From a virus (lineage: Duplodnaviria; Caudoviricetes): a DNA stretch of 64,000 nucleotides. The translations under genes and the position numbers were made by a program. Shown one piece after another: positions 11,215 through 22,452 of the stretch. The first letter of the stretch is position 1. Every line of letters starts with the position of its first letter. The stretch covers positions 143,930 to 207,929 of the IMG/VR virus record IMGVR_UViG_3300031998_000008; one strand, given 5' to 3'. Under the pieces are notes generated by a model, which was not told the origin of the DNA, did not search any database, and worked only from the letters and a program-made list of their open reading frames with translations.

Positions 11215-13758
11215 TTAAAACTTCACATCGTTTATTCTTTTTAACATTGAGTTGAAACTTTCACGTATTTGATTGATTGGTTGAAATTGTTTAAGCCAAT
11301 TTATATCTTGTTCTTGATTATTTCCACTGTATGAGTTTACTGTAAAAACACCATTTTCGTCAACGCTAAAGTTCATTTTGCTACCTGAAGCAAGTACTAT
11401 TACAAATTGATTCTCATACCTGCATTTAAACGATGCAACAGAGGCCCTATCAATACCATTAATAACTATTTTTGGGTCATAACTTGACCAATAATAAGTG
11501 TATATTTTGTTTCCTTTTATAAAGGTAGTGAAATATCTTGAAGAGCCACCATCAACTAATTCATCATATGCTATTTTATGCGTGAAGTCTGGGCCTTCAT
11601 AATCTGCCAATATCATAATCTTCTCGCCATTTACTAATTCAAATTTTGCAATATTTGAATAATCCATTGAAGACATTTCTTTAATACCTGACAATACAAC
11701 TTTTCTTTGTGGTATGTCATATATGAACTTTGTAGTATCAGGCTTTGTCAATAGCAAGTATTTATAAAAGTTTTTCACTGATAATTTTCTTGGAGCAAAA
11801 TAATGTTCGCTCACCTCTTCTATATTCAAAAACTCTTCATCGAATAATGGCGTAAAATCAAAATTAAGAATAATATAATAACCATTTTTTGATGTTGTCA
11901 CAAAGAATTTTCCTTCTTTACTTACAGAGATAACCATGTCAAAATTTTTCATAAAGTCGCCATTCATGTTTAAAACATCAACCTGAGTTCCTTTGTAACA
12001 AAAATACATGTTAAATCCGTTTTCTTTTTGTGCAGGAATAATGTTTTCATACATTGACGAAACAATTTTGTCATATCTAAAGTTAAATAGGGCCTTTTCA
12101 GAATCATTGAATTTAAGAACCCATGTTTCATCTGTTTTTTCAACGACATCTACTTGTTTGAATGGTTTTTTTAGAATCATTTTTTCTTTTTTACCATTGT
12201 AGATGTTATAAAAATCTTCCCATTCACCACTTGTATATTTTACTATTGCGTGAATACCATCTCCATAACTGTAACTGAAAATGTAGTCAGTTGCATTGCT
12301 CTCTATATTTTCTAATTTATGGGTAAAATATGTTCCACGGATTATTTCTTCACCGTTTTTAACAGTTACGACAAATCCACGTTTTTCATCAATTGGGACA
12401 TCAGACTTTACTATTACTTTAAATTCCATTGCCGTTTCATCAAAAGCCAATAATCCATATGCGCTATCTTGCCTTACTGTTAAGAATGGTGTGTCGGTAT
12501 GTAGTATAGCGCCATTTTCTGAAGGTATCCCCATGGTTATATCTATTCCCTCGTTTGAGTTTTTAGCTGTTACTATTTTGGCACAGTCGTTTGTTTTCAA
12601 GTTAAACGCATAAATACTATTTGGGCCGTTTTGTACAAACAATATGTCACCGATTTGCTCTTGATAATACACACTTTCAAGTGTTTGCCAATTACTGCTA
12701 TATCCGTTTTGTTTTTCAACGTATGCTATGACTTTATCAACATCGTTTCCTGCTACATTTAATTCTATAAGAGAACAACTTTCATAATTCTTGCTTATTG
12801 GCTCGTTAATATTGATGTCAACATATGATATTGGGTCTGTTGAATCCATTCCTGTATCATATAGGTAATAATTGTCATTTACATCGAATACATAATCATT
12901 ATTCCATTCAGGCATAAGTTCCAAGTAGCAACCATCATATTCTTTTAGTAGATATGAATGGTTACTTCTTTCTTCGTCATAGCGTTCATACCTTTCTTCA
13001 TCGCTGATTAATGTATTTTCTAATTTATCTTTATAATTCTCGTTTTGTTCTCCGTAAAATTCAAGAACATCGTCAGGCATTTCAATGTCTTCAATTGAAT
13101 TAATGGATTCATCATTAGAATCTCTAAAATCTCCTGATTCAAAACAGAATTGATACCTTGTATATGGATATTCTTTGTTATTTGTTGGCGATGTTTCTCC
13201 TTTTCTCATGTCAAAGTTAATCCATAGCGGGCCTTGCCTTGTATATTGATTATAATAACTAAGCCCGTTTCTATATGCACCTGCTGTACACCATCTACAT
13301 CCTTGTCCTAATTTTTCAGACGCTTCATATGTGTGTGGTACTGCCACTTTCCAATCAGGCGTATCATAAACAATATCATAATCATCTTCAGGTCCACCGT
13401 TTCCGTTTTTTTCTAAAACGGGGTCAAAATCAGGCATCATTTCTATCGCTTCTTTAACACTTCCAATGTTAACCAAATTCAATCCATTATTTTGTCTTGA
13501 TTGAAAGTATTGGAAAAGCCTTGCAACTTCTTGTTTTTGTACCAAATCAACTATTAACTTTTTCTCACTTTCCCAATGGCTGAGTAGCCACCTTGTGTAT
13601 GATTTTTTCTTTGTAGGGTCAGCACCTAATATATAATAAAATATGCTTTCAGGTACGTTTTTACCTTGAACGAATTGATAGTGTAATATCTTTTGAATTT
13701 CTTCTGGAGATTTTGCCTCAAGAATCAGATTATCATAAAATTCATCTAAACCTAACAT
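11215..13758 (-). CDS. Large hypothetical protein, paralog of 13762-16422
   Basis: Shared N-terminal ~250 aa (ADPTKKKSYT.W, VYDTPDWK.AVPH, LGQGC.WCTAGA, YQF). Confidence 0.85.
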   Translation of the reverse strand: MLGLDEFYDNLILEAKSPEEIQKILHYQFVQGKNVPESIFYYILGADPTKKKSYTRWLLSHWESEKKLIVDLVQKQEVARLFQYFQSRQNNGLNLVNIGSVKEAIEMMPDFDPVLEKNGNGGPEDDYDIVYDTPDWKVAVPHTYEASEKLGQGCRWCTAGAYRNGLSYYNQYTRQGPLWINFDMRKGETSPTNNKEYPYTRYQFCFESGDFRDSNDESINSIEDIEMPDDVLEFYGEQNENYKDKLENTLISDEERYERYDEERSNHSYLLKEYDGCYLELMPEWNNDYVFDVNDNYYLYDTGMDSTDPISYVDININEPISKNYESCSLIELNVAGNDVDKVIAYVEKQNGYSSNWQTLESVYYQEQIGDILFVQNGPNSIYAFNLKTNDCAKIVTAKNSNEGIDITMGIPSENGAILHTDTPFLTVRQDSAYGLLAFDETAMEFKVIVKSDVPIDEKRGFVVTVKNGEEIIRGTYFTHKLENIESNATDYIFSYSYGDGIHAIVKYTSGEWEDFYNIYNGKKEKMILKKPFKQVDVVEKTDETWVLKFNDSEKALFNFRYDKIVSSMYENIIPAQKENGFNMYFCYKGTQVDVLNMNGDFMKNFDMVISVSKEGKFFVTTSKNGYYIILNFDFTPLFDEEFLNIEEVSEHYFAPRKLSVKNFYKYLLLTKPDTTKFIYDIPQRKVVLSGIKEMSSMDYSNIAKFELVNGEKIMILADYEGPDFTHKIAYDELVDGGSSRYFTTFIKGNKIYTYYWSSYDPKIVINGIDRASVASFKCRYENQFVIVLASGSKMNFSVDENGVFTVNSYSGNNQEQDINWLKQFQPINQIRESFNSMLKRINDVKF

Positions 13759-13761
13759 ACA

Positions 13762-16422
13762 TTAAAATTTTGTTTTACTTATTTTGTTGTATATTTTGTT
13801 AAAGTTTTCGGCCATTTGTGTTATCTGACTGTTTACTATGGCATCAACTTTTTGTTGGTTTGCTTGTGTATTTGGTGCGGCAGGTGTTGTTATTGCTGTC
13901 AATCTGTTTTTATCTGCATAGAATCTACATTCAATATCATTACCTGTTTCATCGTCTTGTAAGTTCATTGTTACAAGCATTATACCTGCACCCACATGTA
14001 CATCCTTTATATATTCTTTGTTTATACCGTTTGTTGACGGGAATATTATATTTTTGCTTCCAATTAAAAATAGCCTTGTGTTGAAGAACATAACCTTATT
14101 GTCTGTTGTTGTGAATGCAAATGAGTGGTCTGGAAGTTCTGCTATTATTTTATTTGCTGTCTCAGGTATTAAAAGAGCGCCTTTATAGAAAACGTTCACT
14201 TTTTCATCTTTATATATCTTATATGCATATCCATCAGATATTATGTTACAACCATTCATTCTTTTTATGCCTGTCATTATAATTTTTTGGTATTTTGAAT
14301 CATATATGCACATTTGAAGTTCCTCATTCCAAAATACAATGTATTCACCATAATCACCGATAACGCCATATTTTTCAAAATTATATTCAGATGCATATAG
14401 TTTTGCATCATTGGCATCAAATAGACCGAGGTAAGGTTCTTGTTCGTTAATTTTAACCACGAATCTTCCATTGTGTAATGTTTTTTCTATATTAGCAAAA
14501 CTTCCTATTATTTTACCATTTTCCAAGAATATTGATACCCCATTTTGTATATCGCCATTGTTAAGCATCATATTATACCCAACATAAAAGTCAGTTCCGT
14601 TAACAAAGTCAATTTTTTGAAATCTTTCTTTTCTTAATGTTTTGATGTTTAAGAAATCAACGAAACCTTCTCTAAAATAAACCAAAGCAGAATATGCATT
14701 CTTAGATGGTCTTATTTTACTTGGTAGTTTTTCTATATCGCTTGAATCGTATAAGAATTCATTTTTATCTTTTAGATATATGTTATAATATTTACCGTCA
14801 CCCGAATGTCTGTACCTTACGATATAGGCATTGTCTTGTAATTCTTCTTCAAGGTCATATGAATAATTAACAGGTGTTCCCCAGTGATTTGCACTAAGAT
14901 AATGCACACCAAATCTACCTCTAATATAACACATATCTTTTTCTTCGTCATATTCTATTTTATATCCCTCATCATAGAATGGGGCATCTTTTGAAATGAC
15001 TGTTTCAAAATCGTCTTTTTCAATATAGAACAATGCACTATAGCCATTTGAATAATTTACTTGAATGAATGAGCCATCTGAGTAATAATCAAGGTATCCG
15101 TCACCTCTTGATATTTCGCTATATAAAAATTCGGGATTTACAATGACATCATAATCAGACATTGTATTAAGGTCCCCAACCGGTATCATGTAATCACATT
15201 CACTTTTTTCATCACACACAAACAATGTGTTTCTGTCGGTGATAAACCAAGCAAGACTGCCTGTTCCATATGACTGTTCATTTTTAAGTGGTGATGCTGT
15301 CCAATATGACGAATTTCTGCTTCCATTATTTTCTTTATAGCAAGCAAAAAACTCGTTTGCTGTTGTTCTTAATATAATACATGGATAAGCATCTTCTCCA
15401 TAATATTCATTGTAGAATGGCTCAACAACACAGTCTTCTGGATTGTTTGGCACTGGTTTAAGGCAAATTGGGTCTGATTCATCATCACCATCATAAACAA
15501 ACCATTCACCGTCAGGACTATAAACAGGAACTTCATCGTTTGATTTTACCAATAACAATAATTCATGGTAACTATCTTCACTTCCTTTCAATGTATATCC
15601 GTTTTCACGTCTTATTACATAGTAATCATTCCAATCATCTTCTGTGTATTCTCTTTCTCTTTCATATTCACCGTTGATTACTTGTGCGTATCTTTCATCC
15701 TGTTCACCATAGAAATCAACAACCTCTTGCGGCATGTGAATATTTTCAAATTCAACTCTATTATCTCTTGAATCCATTAACTCGCCATAGAAATTTCTAT
15801 ACTCGAAAAGGAATTGATACCTTTTATATGGATATTCTTTTTTATCAACGGGGCATATTTCGCCTCTTCTCATGTCGAAGTTAATCCATAATGGTCCATA
15901 TTCGGTATATCTTCTATAATATCCTGGCCCATCACCAAATGCACCTGCCGTACACCATTTACACCCTTGTCCTAATTTTACTGATGCTTGATATGAATGA
16001 GGTACTGCTATCTTCCAATCTGGGGTGTCATACACAATTTCATAATTATCCTCAGGACCGCCATTTCCAACTTTTGTTAAAACGGGGTCATTTGTTGGGA
16101 GCATTCTTACGGCTTCCTCTATTGAGCCAACACTTGATAGGTTTAATCCACTGTTTTGTCTTGATTGGAAATACTCAAAAATCTCTCTGAATTTATCTTC
16201 TTTAACTAATTTTACAATTAATTTACTTTCAGAATCCCAATGTATTAAAGCCCATTTTGTATATGATTTTTTCTTTGTTGGGTCAGCGTTTAGTATATTT
16301 TCAAATATTTCCTCAGGAACGCCCTTTCCCTCAACAAATTGATAATGTAATATCCTTTTTATTTCTTCGGGTGATTTTGCTTCGTTCAATAAATCATTAT
16401 AATATTCTTCTAATCCAAACAT
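13762..16422 (-). CDS. Large hypothetical protein, paralog of 11215-13758
   Basis: Same conserved N-terminal domain; divergent beta-rich C-terminus. Confidence 0.85.
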   Translation of the reverse strand: MFGLEEYYNDLLNEAKSPEEIKRILHYQFVEGKGVPEEIFENILNADPTKKKSYTKWALIHWDSESKLIVKLVKEDKFREIFEYFQSRQNSGLNLSSVGSIEEAVRMLPTNDPVLTKVGNGGPEDNYEIVYDTPDWKIAVPHSYQASVKLGQGCKWCTAGAFGDGPGYYRRYTEYGPLWINFDMRRGEICPVDKKEYPYKRYQFLFEYRNFYGELMDSRDNRVEFENIHMPQEVVDFYGEQDERYAQVINGEYEREREYTEDDWNDYYVIRRENGYTLKGSEDSYHELLLLVKSNDEVPVYSPDGEWFVYDGDDESDPICLKPVPNNPEDCVVEPFYNEYYGEDAYPCIILRTTANEFFACYKENNGSRNSSYWTASPLKNEQSYGTGSLAWFITDRNTLFVCDEKSECDYMIPVGDLNTMSDYDVIVNPEFLYSEISRGDGYLDYYSDGSFIQVNYSNGYSALFYIEKDDFETVISKDAPFYDEGYKIEYDEEKDMCYIRGRFGVHYLSANHWGTPVNYSYDLEEELQDNAYIVRYRHSGDGKYYNIYLKDKNEFLYDSSDIEKLPSKIRPSKNAYSALVYFREGFVDFLNIKTLRKERFQKIDFVNGTDFYVGYNMMLNNGDIQNGVSIFLENGKIIGSFANIEKTLHNGRFVVKINEQEPYLGLFDANDAKLYASEYNFEKYGVIGDYGEYIVFWNEELQMCIYDSKYQKIIMTGIKRMNGCNIISDGYAYKIYKDEKVNVFYKGALLIPETANKIIAELPDHSFAFTTTDNKVMFFNTRLFLIGSKNIIFPSTNGINKEYIKDVHVGAGIMLVTMNLQDDETGNDIECRFYADKNRLTAITTPAAPNTQANQQKVDAIVNSQITQMAENFNKIYNKISKTKF

Positions 16423-16520
16423 TCCAAATGCTATATTTAATGATAAATAGTTTTGACAAATGAATTGTTTTTTTTTATGTATTTTATTAAAATAAACTAT
16501 TTATAAAAAAATAAAAAAAT

Positions 16521-16892
16521 ATGAAAAAATACTATATAGATTTTATATGCGCATTACATGGATATTCAATAAGAGTTAAAGAAATCCATTGGAATACAAC
16601 AAGTAATGCGGAACATCTTATATGTGATGAAATAAATAATTGTATTTCTGATTTTGAAGACAATTTCACTGAGTGTTGTATGGGTATTGAAGGTAAACAT
16701 TTTCAAATTGGAAAATTACTACCAATGTTACCAAATTCAGAAAGTCTTATTCCATTGTTAAAGGAGTTAGAAAAAGATATTTTAAAAATGAAAAAATTAT
16801 GTAATGATACAACTGAAAGTGGATTGGTAAATATATTAGATGATGCAATGCAAAATATAAGCAAATATAAGTATAGAGCAAGCCAAAAATAA
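16521..16892 (+). CDS. Ferritin/Dps-like four-helix protein (DUF5856-like)
   Basis: KEIHWNT..AEHLICDE..FTE..MG; C-terminal KYKY. Confidence 0.6.
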   Translation: MKKYYIDFICALHGYSIRVKEIHWNTTSNAEHLICDEINNCISDFEDNFTECCMGIEGKHFQIGKLLPMLPNSESLIPLLKELEKDILKMKKLCNDTTESGLVNILDDAMQNISKYKYRASQK

Positions 16893-16910
16893 AAAAAAAA
16901 CAATAATAAA

Positions 16911-17102
16911 ATGTCTAAATATATAAATGACCCAAGAGAAATTGCCATAAGGCCGGAAAGTGGTGTTACTCTTGAAGAAGACAATAGAATTGAAACCATG
17001 TATCATTGGGGTGCTAAAGTTCTTGATTTGTGTGATTTACCTATTGAAGAATATATGAAACCCATGACTGTAAATATAAATGGTATTAATCCAGAAAGCT
17101 GA
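16911..17102 (+). CDS. hypothetical protein (possibly truncated)
   Basis: 63 aa ORF followed by about 330 nt of AT-rich non-coding sequence. Confidence 0.5.
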   Translation: MSKYINDPREIAIRPESGVTLEEDNRIETMYHWGAKVLDLCDLPIEEYMKPMTVNINGINPES

Positions 17103-17510
17103 TAGACTGGTTCAACATTGTTTATTTATTATTCATTTTATCCAAAATCATAAAAGTATTTTTATTCAAAAATATTAAATTTTACATTTGAAAATGCTAA
17201 AGATGAAGAAGGCGTTGAAATTTTATTAAATACAAACATATCAAATGAATATGTTTCTGAAGCAGAAAAATTTGATAATGAAATAGCCCATTATAATGGA
17301 GATAACGCACAAGAATTATTGTATAAATGGATTTATGACTACAAACTTTTAGATAAATATATTTTAAAGACATATATTCCGTATCAAATTGAAGAAAATA
17401 GAGAATTTTAATCATAGTTAATTATTAAAAAGAAATCCCATGACTTTTAGTTGTGGGATTTTTTGTTTTTTAAGGATTTTATTTGTATTATTAAACAAAA
17501 TGTACATTTA

Positions 17511-18557
17511 ATGCAACGAATTTACAAAATGATAACGAATTTGCTTGGTGAAAGCAAACAAGGTTCTTATGATAACGGCATAACTCAATATCAGTTCAAT
17601 TGTCCTAATTGTGCTGAGGAAAAGGGCTATGTTGATAATAAGTACAATTTGGAAATTTCGTTCTCAATTGGAAAGTATCACTGTTGGTCATGCGGAATCT
17701 CAGGTAATTTATCATCTTTGATAAAATCGTTAGGTGGAAAAGAAATGTACAATGAATATTTTAGGATTATTACTGATATTAAAGAAAGTAAGTATTATAA
17801 TCTTGATTTATTCAAAGATAACGGTGATATTTTTGATGAAAGATTCTTAAAATTACCGCCAACATTCACAAAGATTGACTTGAATACCAATATAAATAAA
17901 AATCTTAGAGCATATCTTGAAAAGAGAAAGATAACTCAGGACATAATTGACTTTTATAATATTGGAATAACAAGATGGGATGGAGAAGAATATAAATGGA
18001 GAAACAGAATTGTAATACCTTCATATAACTCAGCAGGTGACTTGAATTACTTTATTGGTAGAACGTATGCTGAAAACGATAAAAGGCGTAAATACATGAA
18101 CTGTGATGCAAATAAAAACGATATAGTTCTCCATGAAGACAAAATTCAATGGGATTGCGACATTTATCTTGTTGAAGGTGCTATTGACTGTATATATTAT
18201 CCTAATTCAATTGGAATGATGGGTAAATTTATAGATGATGATAGTGAGTTATATAAAAAATTAGTACAAAAGGCTAATGCAAATGTAATAATTTGCCTTG
18301 ATAGTGATACTGATATTAATGATACGAAGAGAATTTATTTAACTCTTAATAAAGGCAGATTATATAATAAGATAAGATATATAAGATTGGGAACAGATGA
18401 ATTGCCATGGAAAGACTTTGGTGAAATATATGAAGAATGTGGCAAGGATGGAATAATAAAAGCCATGAGAACAGCCAAACAATTTAGTACAATAGAATTA
18501 ACAGTTAATTATGATAACAAAAATAAAAAATATAGCAAGTATTTTATGAAAAATTAA
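17511..18557 (+). CDS. DNA primase (zinc finger + TOPRIM)
   Basis: CPNC..HCWSC, YLEKRKIT, RIVIPSY, GRT, LVEGAID, CLDSD, KDFGE. Confidence 0.85.
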   Translation: MQRIYKMITNLLGESKQGSYDNGITQYQFNCPNCAEEKGYVDNKYNLEISFSIGKYHCWSCGISGNLSSLIKSLGGKEMYNEYFRIITDIKESKYYNLDLFKDNGDIFDERFLKLPPTFTKIDLNTNINKNLRAYLEKRKITQDIIDFYNIGITRWDGEEYKWRNRIVIPSYNSAGDLNYFIGRTYAENDKRRKYMNCDANKNDIVLHEDKIQWDCDIYLVEGAIDCIYYPNSIGMMGKFIDDDSELYKKLVQKANANVIICLDSDTDINDTKRIYLTLNKGRLYNKIRYIRLGTDELPWKDFGEIYEECGKDGIIKAMRTAKQFSTIELTVNYDNKNKKYSKYFMKN

Positions 18558-18591
18558 AATTACATAACTATTTATAATAAAATACTTATAT

Positions 18592-19509
18592 ATGAAAAAG
18601 CTTTCTAATATTGAATTTATTGAACGTTCAAAAAAAATACATGGTGATAAATATGACTATTCAAAAGTTGAATATGTAAATAATAAAACGAAAGTATGTA
18701 TAATTTGTCCTGAACATGGAGAATTTTGGCAAAAGCCTGAAATTCATTTAATGGGCTGCGGATGTCATGAATGTAAATCAGAAAATATAAAGAAAAGTAA
18801 AACGACTTCATTTTATGAATTTGTTGAAAAAGCAAATAAAGTGCATAAAGGAAAATATGCTTACCATGAAGATTCGTATAGTAAAATCGCTAATAAAACA
18901 AAAATAACATGTCCAATACATGGAGATTTTTGGCAAGAAGCAAGGAGTCATTTAAATGGGTTTGGCTGTAAAAAATGTTCACATTTATATATGGATAAAG
19001 AAATTTTTATTACAAAAGCAAATATAATACATAATAATAAGTATGATTATTCAAAAGTTGAATATGTTAATGCAAAAACAAAAGTATGTATAATTTGTCC
19101 TGAACATGGCGTGTTTTGGCAATCGCCAGATAAACATATCTCAAGAAAACAAGGATGCCCAATGTGTTATCAGAGTCATTTGGAAGAGGAAACAATGCGT
19201 TTTTTAATTGAAAACAATATAAAATATGAATTTCAAAAAAAATTTGAATGGCTTGGTAAACAAAGTTTAGATTTTTATTTACCTGATTATAATTTAGGTA
19301 TTGAATGCCAAGGAATTCAACATTTTGAGCCTATTGACTTTGCAAATAAAGGGATTGAATGGAGTAAAAATAATTTTGAAAAAATAAAAAATTTTGATAA
19401 ATTAAAAAAAGAAAAATTAAAAGAAAATAATATTAATTTAGAATATATTGATTATAGAGATAATGTTCAAAATAAATTATTAAACATAATAAAAAAATAT
19501 GATAACTAA
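18592..19509 (+). CDS. Putative homing endonuclease (zinc-ribbon repeats + PD-(D/E)XK/Vsr-like domain)
   Basis: Three repeats of KYDYSKVEY..KVCIICPEHGEFWQ..H..GC; LDFYLPDYNLGIECQGIQH. Confidence 0.8.
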   Translation: MKKLSNIEFIERSKKIHGDKYDYSKVEYVNNKTKVCIICPEHGEFWQKPEIHLMGCGCHECKSENIKKSKTTSFYEFVEKANKVHKGKYAYHEDSYSKIANKTKITCPIHGDFWQEARSHLNGFGCKKCSHLYMDKEIFITKANIIHNNKYDYSKVEYVNAKTKVCIICPEHGVFWQSPDKHISRKQGCPMCYQSHLEEETMRFLIENNIKYEFQKKFEWLGKQSLDFYLPDYNLGIECQGIQHFEPIDFANKGIEWSKNNFEKIKNFDKLKKEKLKENNINLEYIDYRDNVQNKLLNIIKKYDN

Positions 19510-20356
19510 AATAATTGCTTGTGCTGATATTCATATTCCTGCTGTTAAGGGAATTGATGAATTAAAGGAAATTTTATCAAATTTCATTGAACAATGTAGA
19601 AAAATTGTTAATGAGGAAGGAAGTAATTGTGTTAGGATTGTTATAGCTGGCGATATACTTCATAATAAAATTTCTATTACAAACGAATCAATTCTTGCGG
19701 CACATTGGTTTTTTTCACAATTGGACCAAATATGTAAAACATATGTTATAATTGGAAATCACGATTTTTTGATGAATAATATGGATAGGGTTGATTCTTT
19801 AAGTCCTCTTTTTAGTATTGCTGGATATAAACAGGTAGTTTTCTTGGATAAAGAATTGGGCTGTCAATCAGGAATCTATGACGATGAAAATGTGTCATGG
19901 TGTCTCTATTCATCATTTAATGGTTTTAATAGGCCCGATATAGACGCACACAAGGTACTTAATGCTGAAACTGATAAAAAGGATAACTTTTATGTCGGAA
20001 TCATCCACGGTGAAGTAAATGGGGCTATAACGGTAACTAATTACGTTTCCGAAACAGGAGTTTCACAGGATATGTTCGATGGATGCGATTTTGTTATTGC
20101 CGGCCATATACACAAGAGACAGGAACTAAAGAAAAACGATGTGAAAATAGTTTATTGTTCAAGCATTAATCAAAAAGAATATGGTGAATCAATTACTGGC
20201 CATGGATTTGTTCTTTGGGATATTGATGTTGATGATAAACTTGATATATCATATAAATATGTTGATGTGCCAAATCCAAATGGTGGGTTCTATAAATTTG
20301 AAATTAACGACATTTCCGATTTGGAAAAAGACGAAGAAGAATTAATAAATTATTAA
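19499..20356 (+). CDS. SbcD/Mre11-like metallophosphoesterase nuclease
   Basis: ADIH, AGDILH, GNHD, IIHG, AGHIH. Confidence 0.85.
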   Translation: MITKIIACADIHIPAVKGIDELKEILSNFIEQCRKIVNEEGSNCVRIVIAGDILHNKISITNESILAAHWFFSQLDQICKTYVIIGNHDFLMNNMDRVDSLSPLFSIAGYKQVVFLDKELGCQSGIYDDENVSWCLYSSFNGFNRPDIDAHKVLNAETDKKDNFYVGIIHGEVNGAITVTNYVSETGVSQDMFDGCDFVIAGHIHKRQELKKNDVKIVYCSSINQKEYGESITGHGFVLWDIDVDDKLDISYKYVDVPNPNGGFYKFEINDISDLEKDEEELINY

Positions 20357-20366
20357 AATTTACAAT

Positions 20367-21032
20367 ATGAACGAAGATTTTAGAAAATTTGCAGTTAGCC
20401 AAGGTATTAACGGAAATACCTTTGATGCCTATAAAAAGGCTACAAACGGAATTATAAGTCCAACAATTCTTGAGGAAAGACATCTCAATGTTGCAACAAT
20501 GGACATCTTTTCAAGATTAATGTTCGATAGAATTATTGTTCTTGGTACTGAAATTAATGAAGATGTTGCTAACATTGTAACTTCTCAATTAATGTATTTG
20601 AATTCAGTTGATTCTGATTCAGATATTAAGTTGTTCATCAATTCTCCTGGCGGAAGTGTTATTGATGGCCTTGCAATCTATGACATTATGAACTGGGTTG
20701 AGCCTGATGTTGCAACATACACAATGGGTATGGCTGCTTCTATGGGTTCTATTTTGCTTTCTTCAGGTGCAAAAGGTAAAAGATATTCCTTACCGCACAG
20801 CAAAATTATGATTCACCAAGTAAGCGGTTACGCAGGTGGTCAATATTCAGACATTAAGATTTGGGCTGAAGAAATTAAGAAGCACCAAAGCGAACTTTAC
20901 AACATCCTTGCTGAAAACACAGGAAAATCATTTGAGCAAATTGAAAAGGATGCTGACCGTGACCATTGGTTCACAGCAAAAGAGGCTCTTGAATATGGCC
21001 TTATTGACGAAATAATTGAGAAAAAGAAATGA
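20367..21032 (+). CDS. clpP: ATP-dependent Clp protease proteolytic subunit
   Basis: DIFSRLMFDRII, INSPGGSV, GMAASMGS, IMIHQ, ADRDHWF. Confidence 0.95.
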   Translation: MNEDFRKFAVSQGINGNTFDAYKKATNGIISPTILEERHLNVATMDIFSRLMFDRIIVLGTEINEDVANIVTSQLMYLNSVDSDSDIKLFINSPGGSVIDGLAIYDIMNWVEPDVATYTMGMAASMGSILLSSGAKGKRYSLPHSKIMIHQVSGYAGGQYSDIKIWAEEIKKHQSELYNILAENTGKSFEQIEKDADRDHWFTAKEALEYGLIDEIIEKKK

Positions 21033-21036
21033 TTGA

Positions 21037-22050
21037 ATGAATTTAATTGAACCAAAGGCTGAATATATTTCACAAGGATATAGCCTTGAAGACATTTATA
21101 AAAAAATAGAATTTTGCGGAAGAACTTGTTATAAATCAGAAGATAAAATAACAGACACATCATCAACTGATTTTGTCAATAGAATGATTAAATCAGGACA
21201 TGGAGCAATGCTTGAACATGGAACAATTTACTTGAAGTGTGATGACATGGGTCCTGATGAATATGGTCATGTTAATTGTATAATACCGTTAAAGGGAAAT
21301 TATTCAAAGAATCCATATTCAAAAGTTAATTTTGTTAATTGGGAACAAGAGCCTGATGAATTACAAAAAGAGTTCTGTAAGGTAATTCCAAGAACAACAT
21401 TATATATTACTACAAACTTCCGTGTTATTGTTGAAAACGGATGGGAAGAAGACTTGAAATACATTTGTGAGCCAACGGAATTCCATGAAAAGAGATACAC
21501 AGTAAAATTAACTACCGACATTGGCGTAACAAGAGAAGGAAACAGGCATAGAAAAAATTCAATTGCTGAAGAATCAACAAGGTATTGTAATTATACTAAG
21601 GAAAAATTCGGCGGAGAAATAAAAGTTGCAAAACACGCTTGGTTTACTGATGAAGATGTTGATTTCTTGACATCAGAAGATAGAGACTCTATAAAAGATT
21701 TGGAAAATTATTTCAGAATTGTTCTTGAAGAAATTAGAACAGAGAAAACTTTAATGCACCCAATAGATTATTGGTATTTCTCAATGCTTGTTTCAAATTA
21801 CAATTACAACAAACTCATTGAAACCGGGTGGATTGCACAACAAGCACGTACCGTATTAACATTATCAACTAAGTCTGATATTGTTTATACAGCATTTGCA
21901 TCAGATTGGAAGCATTTCTTTAATTTAAGATTGTATGGTACGACTGGAAAACCGCATCCTGATATGTTAGCATTGGCTGAAAAAATGAAGGATGAGTTTG
22001 AAAAGAATGGTGTGTTTGATGACATTATCAATGGCTTCAAATGCCAATGA
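21037..22050 (+). CDS. thyX: Flavin-dependent thymidylate synthase
   Basis: GRTCYKS, GHGAMLEH, RE.NRHR..S..EESTRY, QARTVL, HPDM. Confidence 0.9.
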   Translation: MNLIEPKAEYISQGYSLEDIYKKIEFCGRTCYKSEDKITDTSSTDFVNRMIKSGHGAMLEHGTIYLKCDDMGPDEYGHVNCIIPLKGNYSKNPYSKVNFVNWEQEPDELQKEFCKVIPRTTLYITTNFRVIVENGWEEDLKYICEPTEFHEKRYTVKLTTDIGVTREGNRHRKNSIAEESTRYCNYTKEKFGGEIKVAKHAWFTDEDVDFLTSEDRDSIKDLENYFRIVLEEIRTEKTLMHPIDYWYFSMLVSNYNYNKLIETGWIAQQARTVLTLSTKSDIVYTAFASDWKHFFNLRLYGTTGKPHPDMLALAEKMKDEFEKNGVFDDIINGFKCQ

Positions 22051-22051
22051 A

Positions 22052-22201
22052 TTACATGTGAGACTTAAAAACTATTTGTCTCTTTTGTGTTCTTGAACCT
22101 CTTCTTGTACCATTTGAATAGGTTTGTGCAGGTTTCTTTACAATCTGTTTAACAGATGTAACCTGTCTTGATGATGAAGTATTTCCTTTACATGCGCACA
22201 T
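22052..22201 (-). CDS. Small basic protein (MCACKGNT..., 49 aa)
   Basis: ORF read by eye; preceded by the ACTATTTAT motif seen before other genes. Confidence 0.5.
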   Translation of the reverse strand: MCACKGNTSSSRQVTSVKQIVKKPAQTYSNGTRRGSRTQKRQIVFKSHM

Positions 22202-22347
22202 AATTTAATAATTTTAATTATAAATAGTGTATGTGCTTGATTTTTTGGAAGAAAATTTGTATATTATGATAAAATCAAGGTAATTCCTTGCGTTGCTTTG
22301 GTTTTTGACATTAGCAAGGTAATAATAATTTAATAATTTTTAAAGTT

Positions 22348-22377
22348 ATGAGATACTAGGTTTTGTGGCCCCCTTAA
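22348..22377 (+). promoter_or_regulatory. Putative amber-containing leader ORF MRY(TAG)VLWPP
   Basis: ATG AGA TAC TAG GTT TTG TGG CCC CCT TAA after an A/T-rich leader, upstream of the Pth-like gene and suppressor tRNA. Confidence 0.45.
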
Positions 22378-22452
22378 TCGTTAATTCTTATTATGTTGGG
22401 TTAAAAAATATGTGAAAACAAAAAATAATAATTACAAATAAAAAGATTAACG

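Noticed and set aside
17103-17450. Read-through extension of ORF 16911 past TGA-TAG
   Set aside because: Downstream frames contain further stops; looks like AT-rich or decayed sequence
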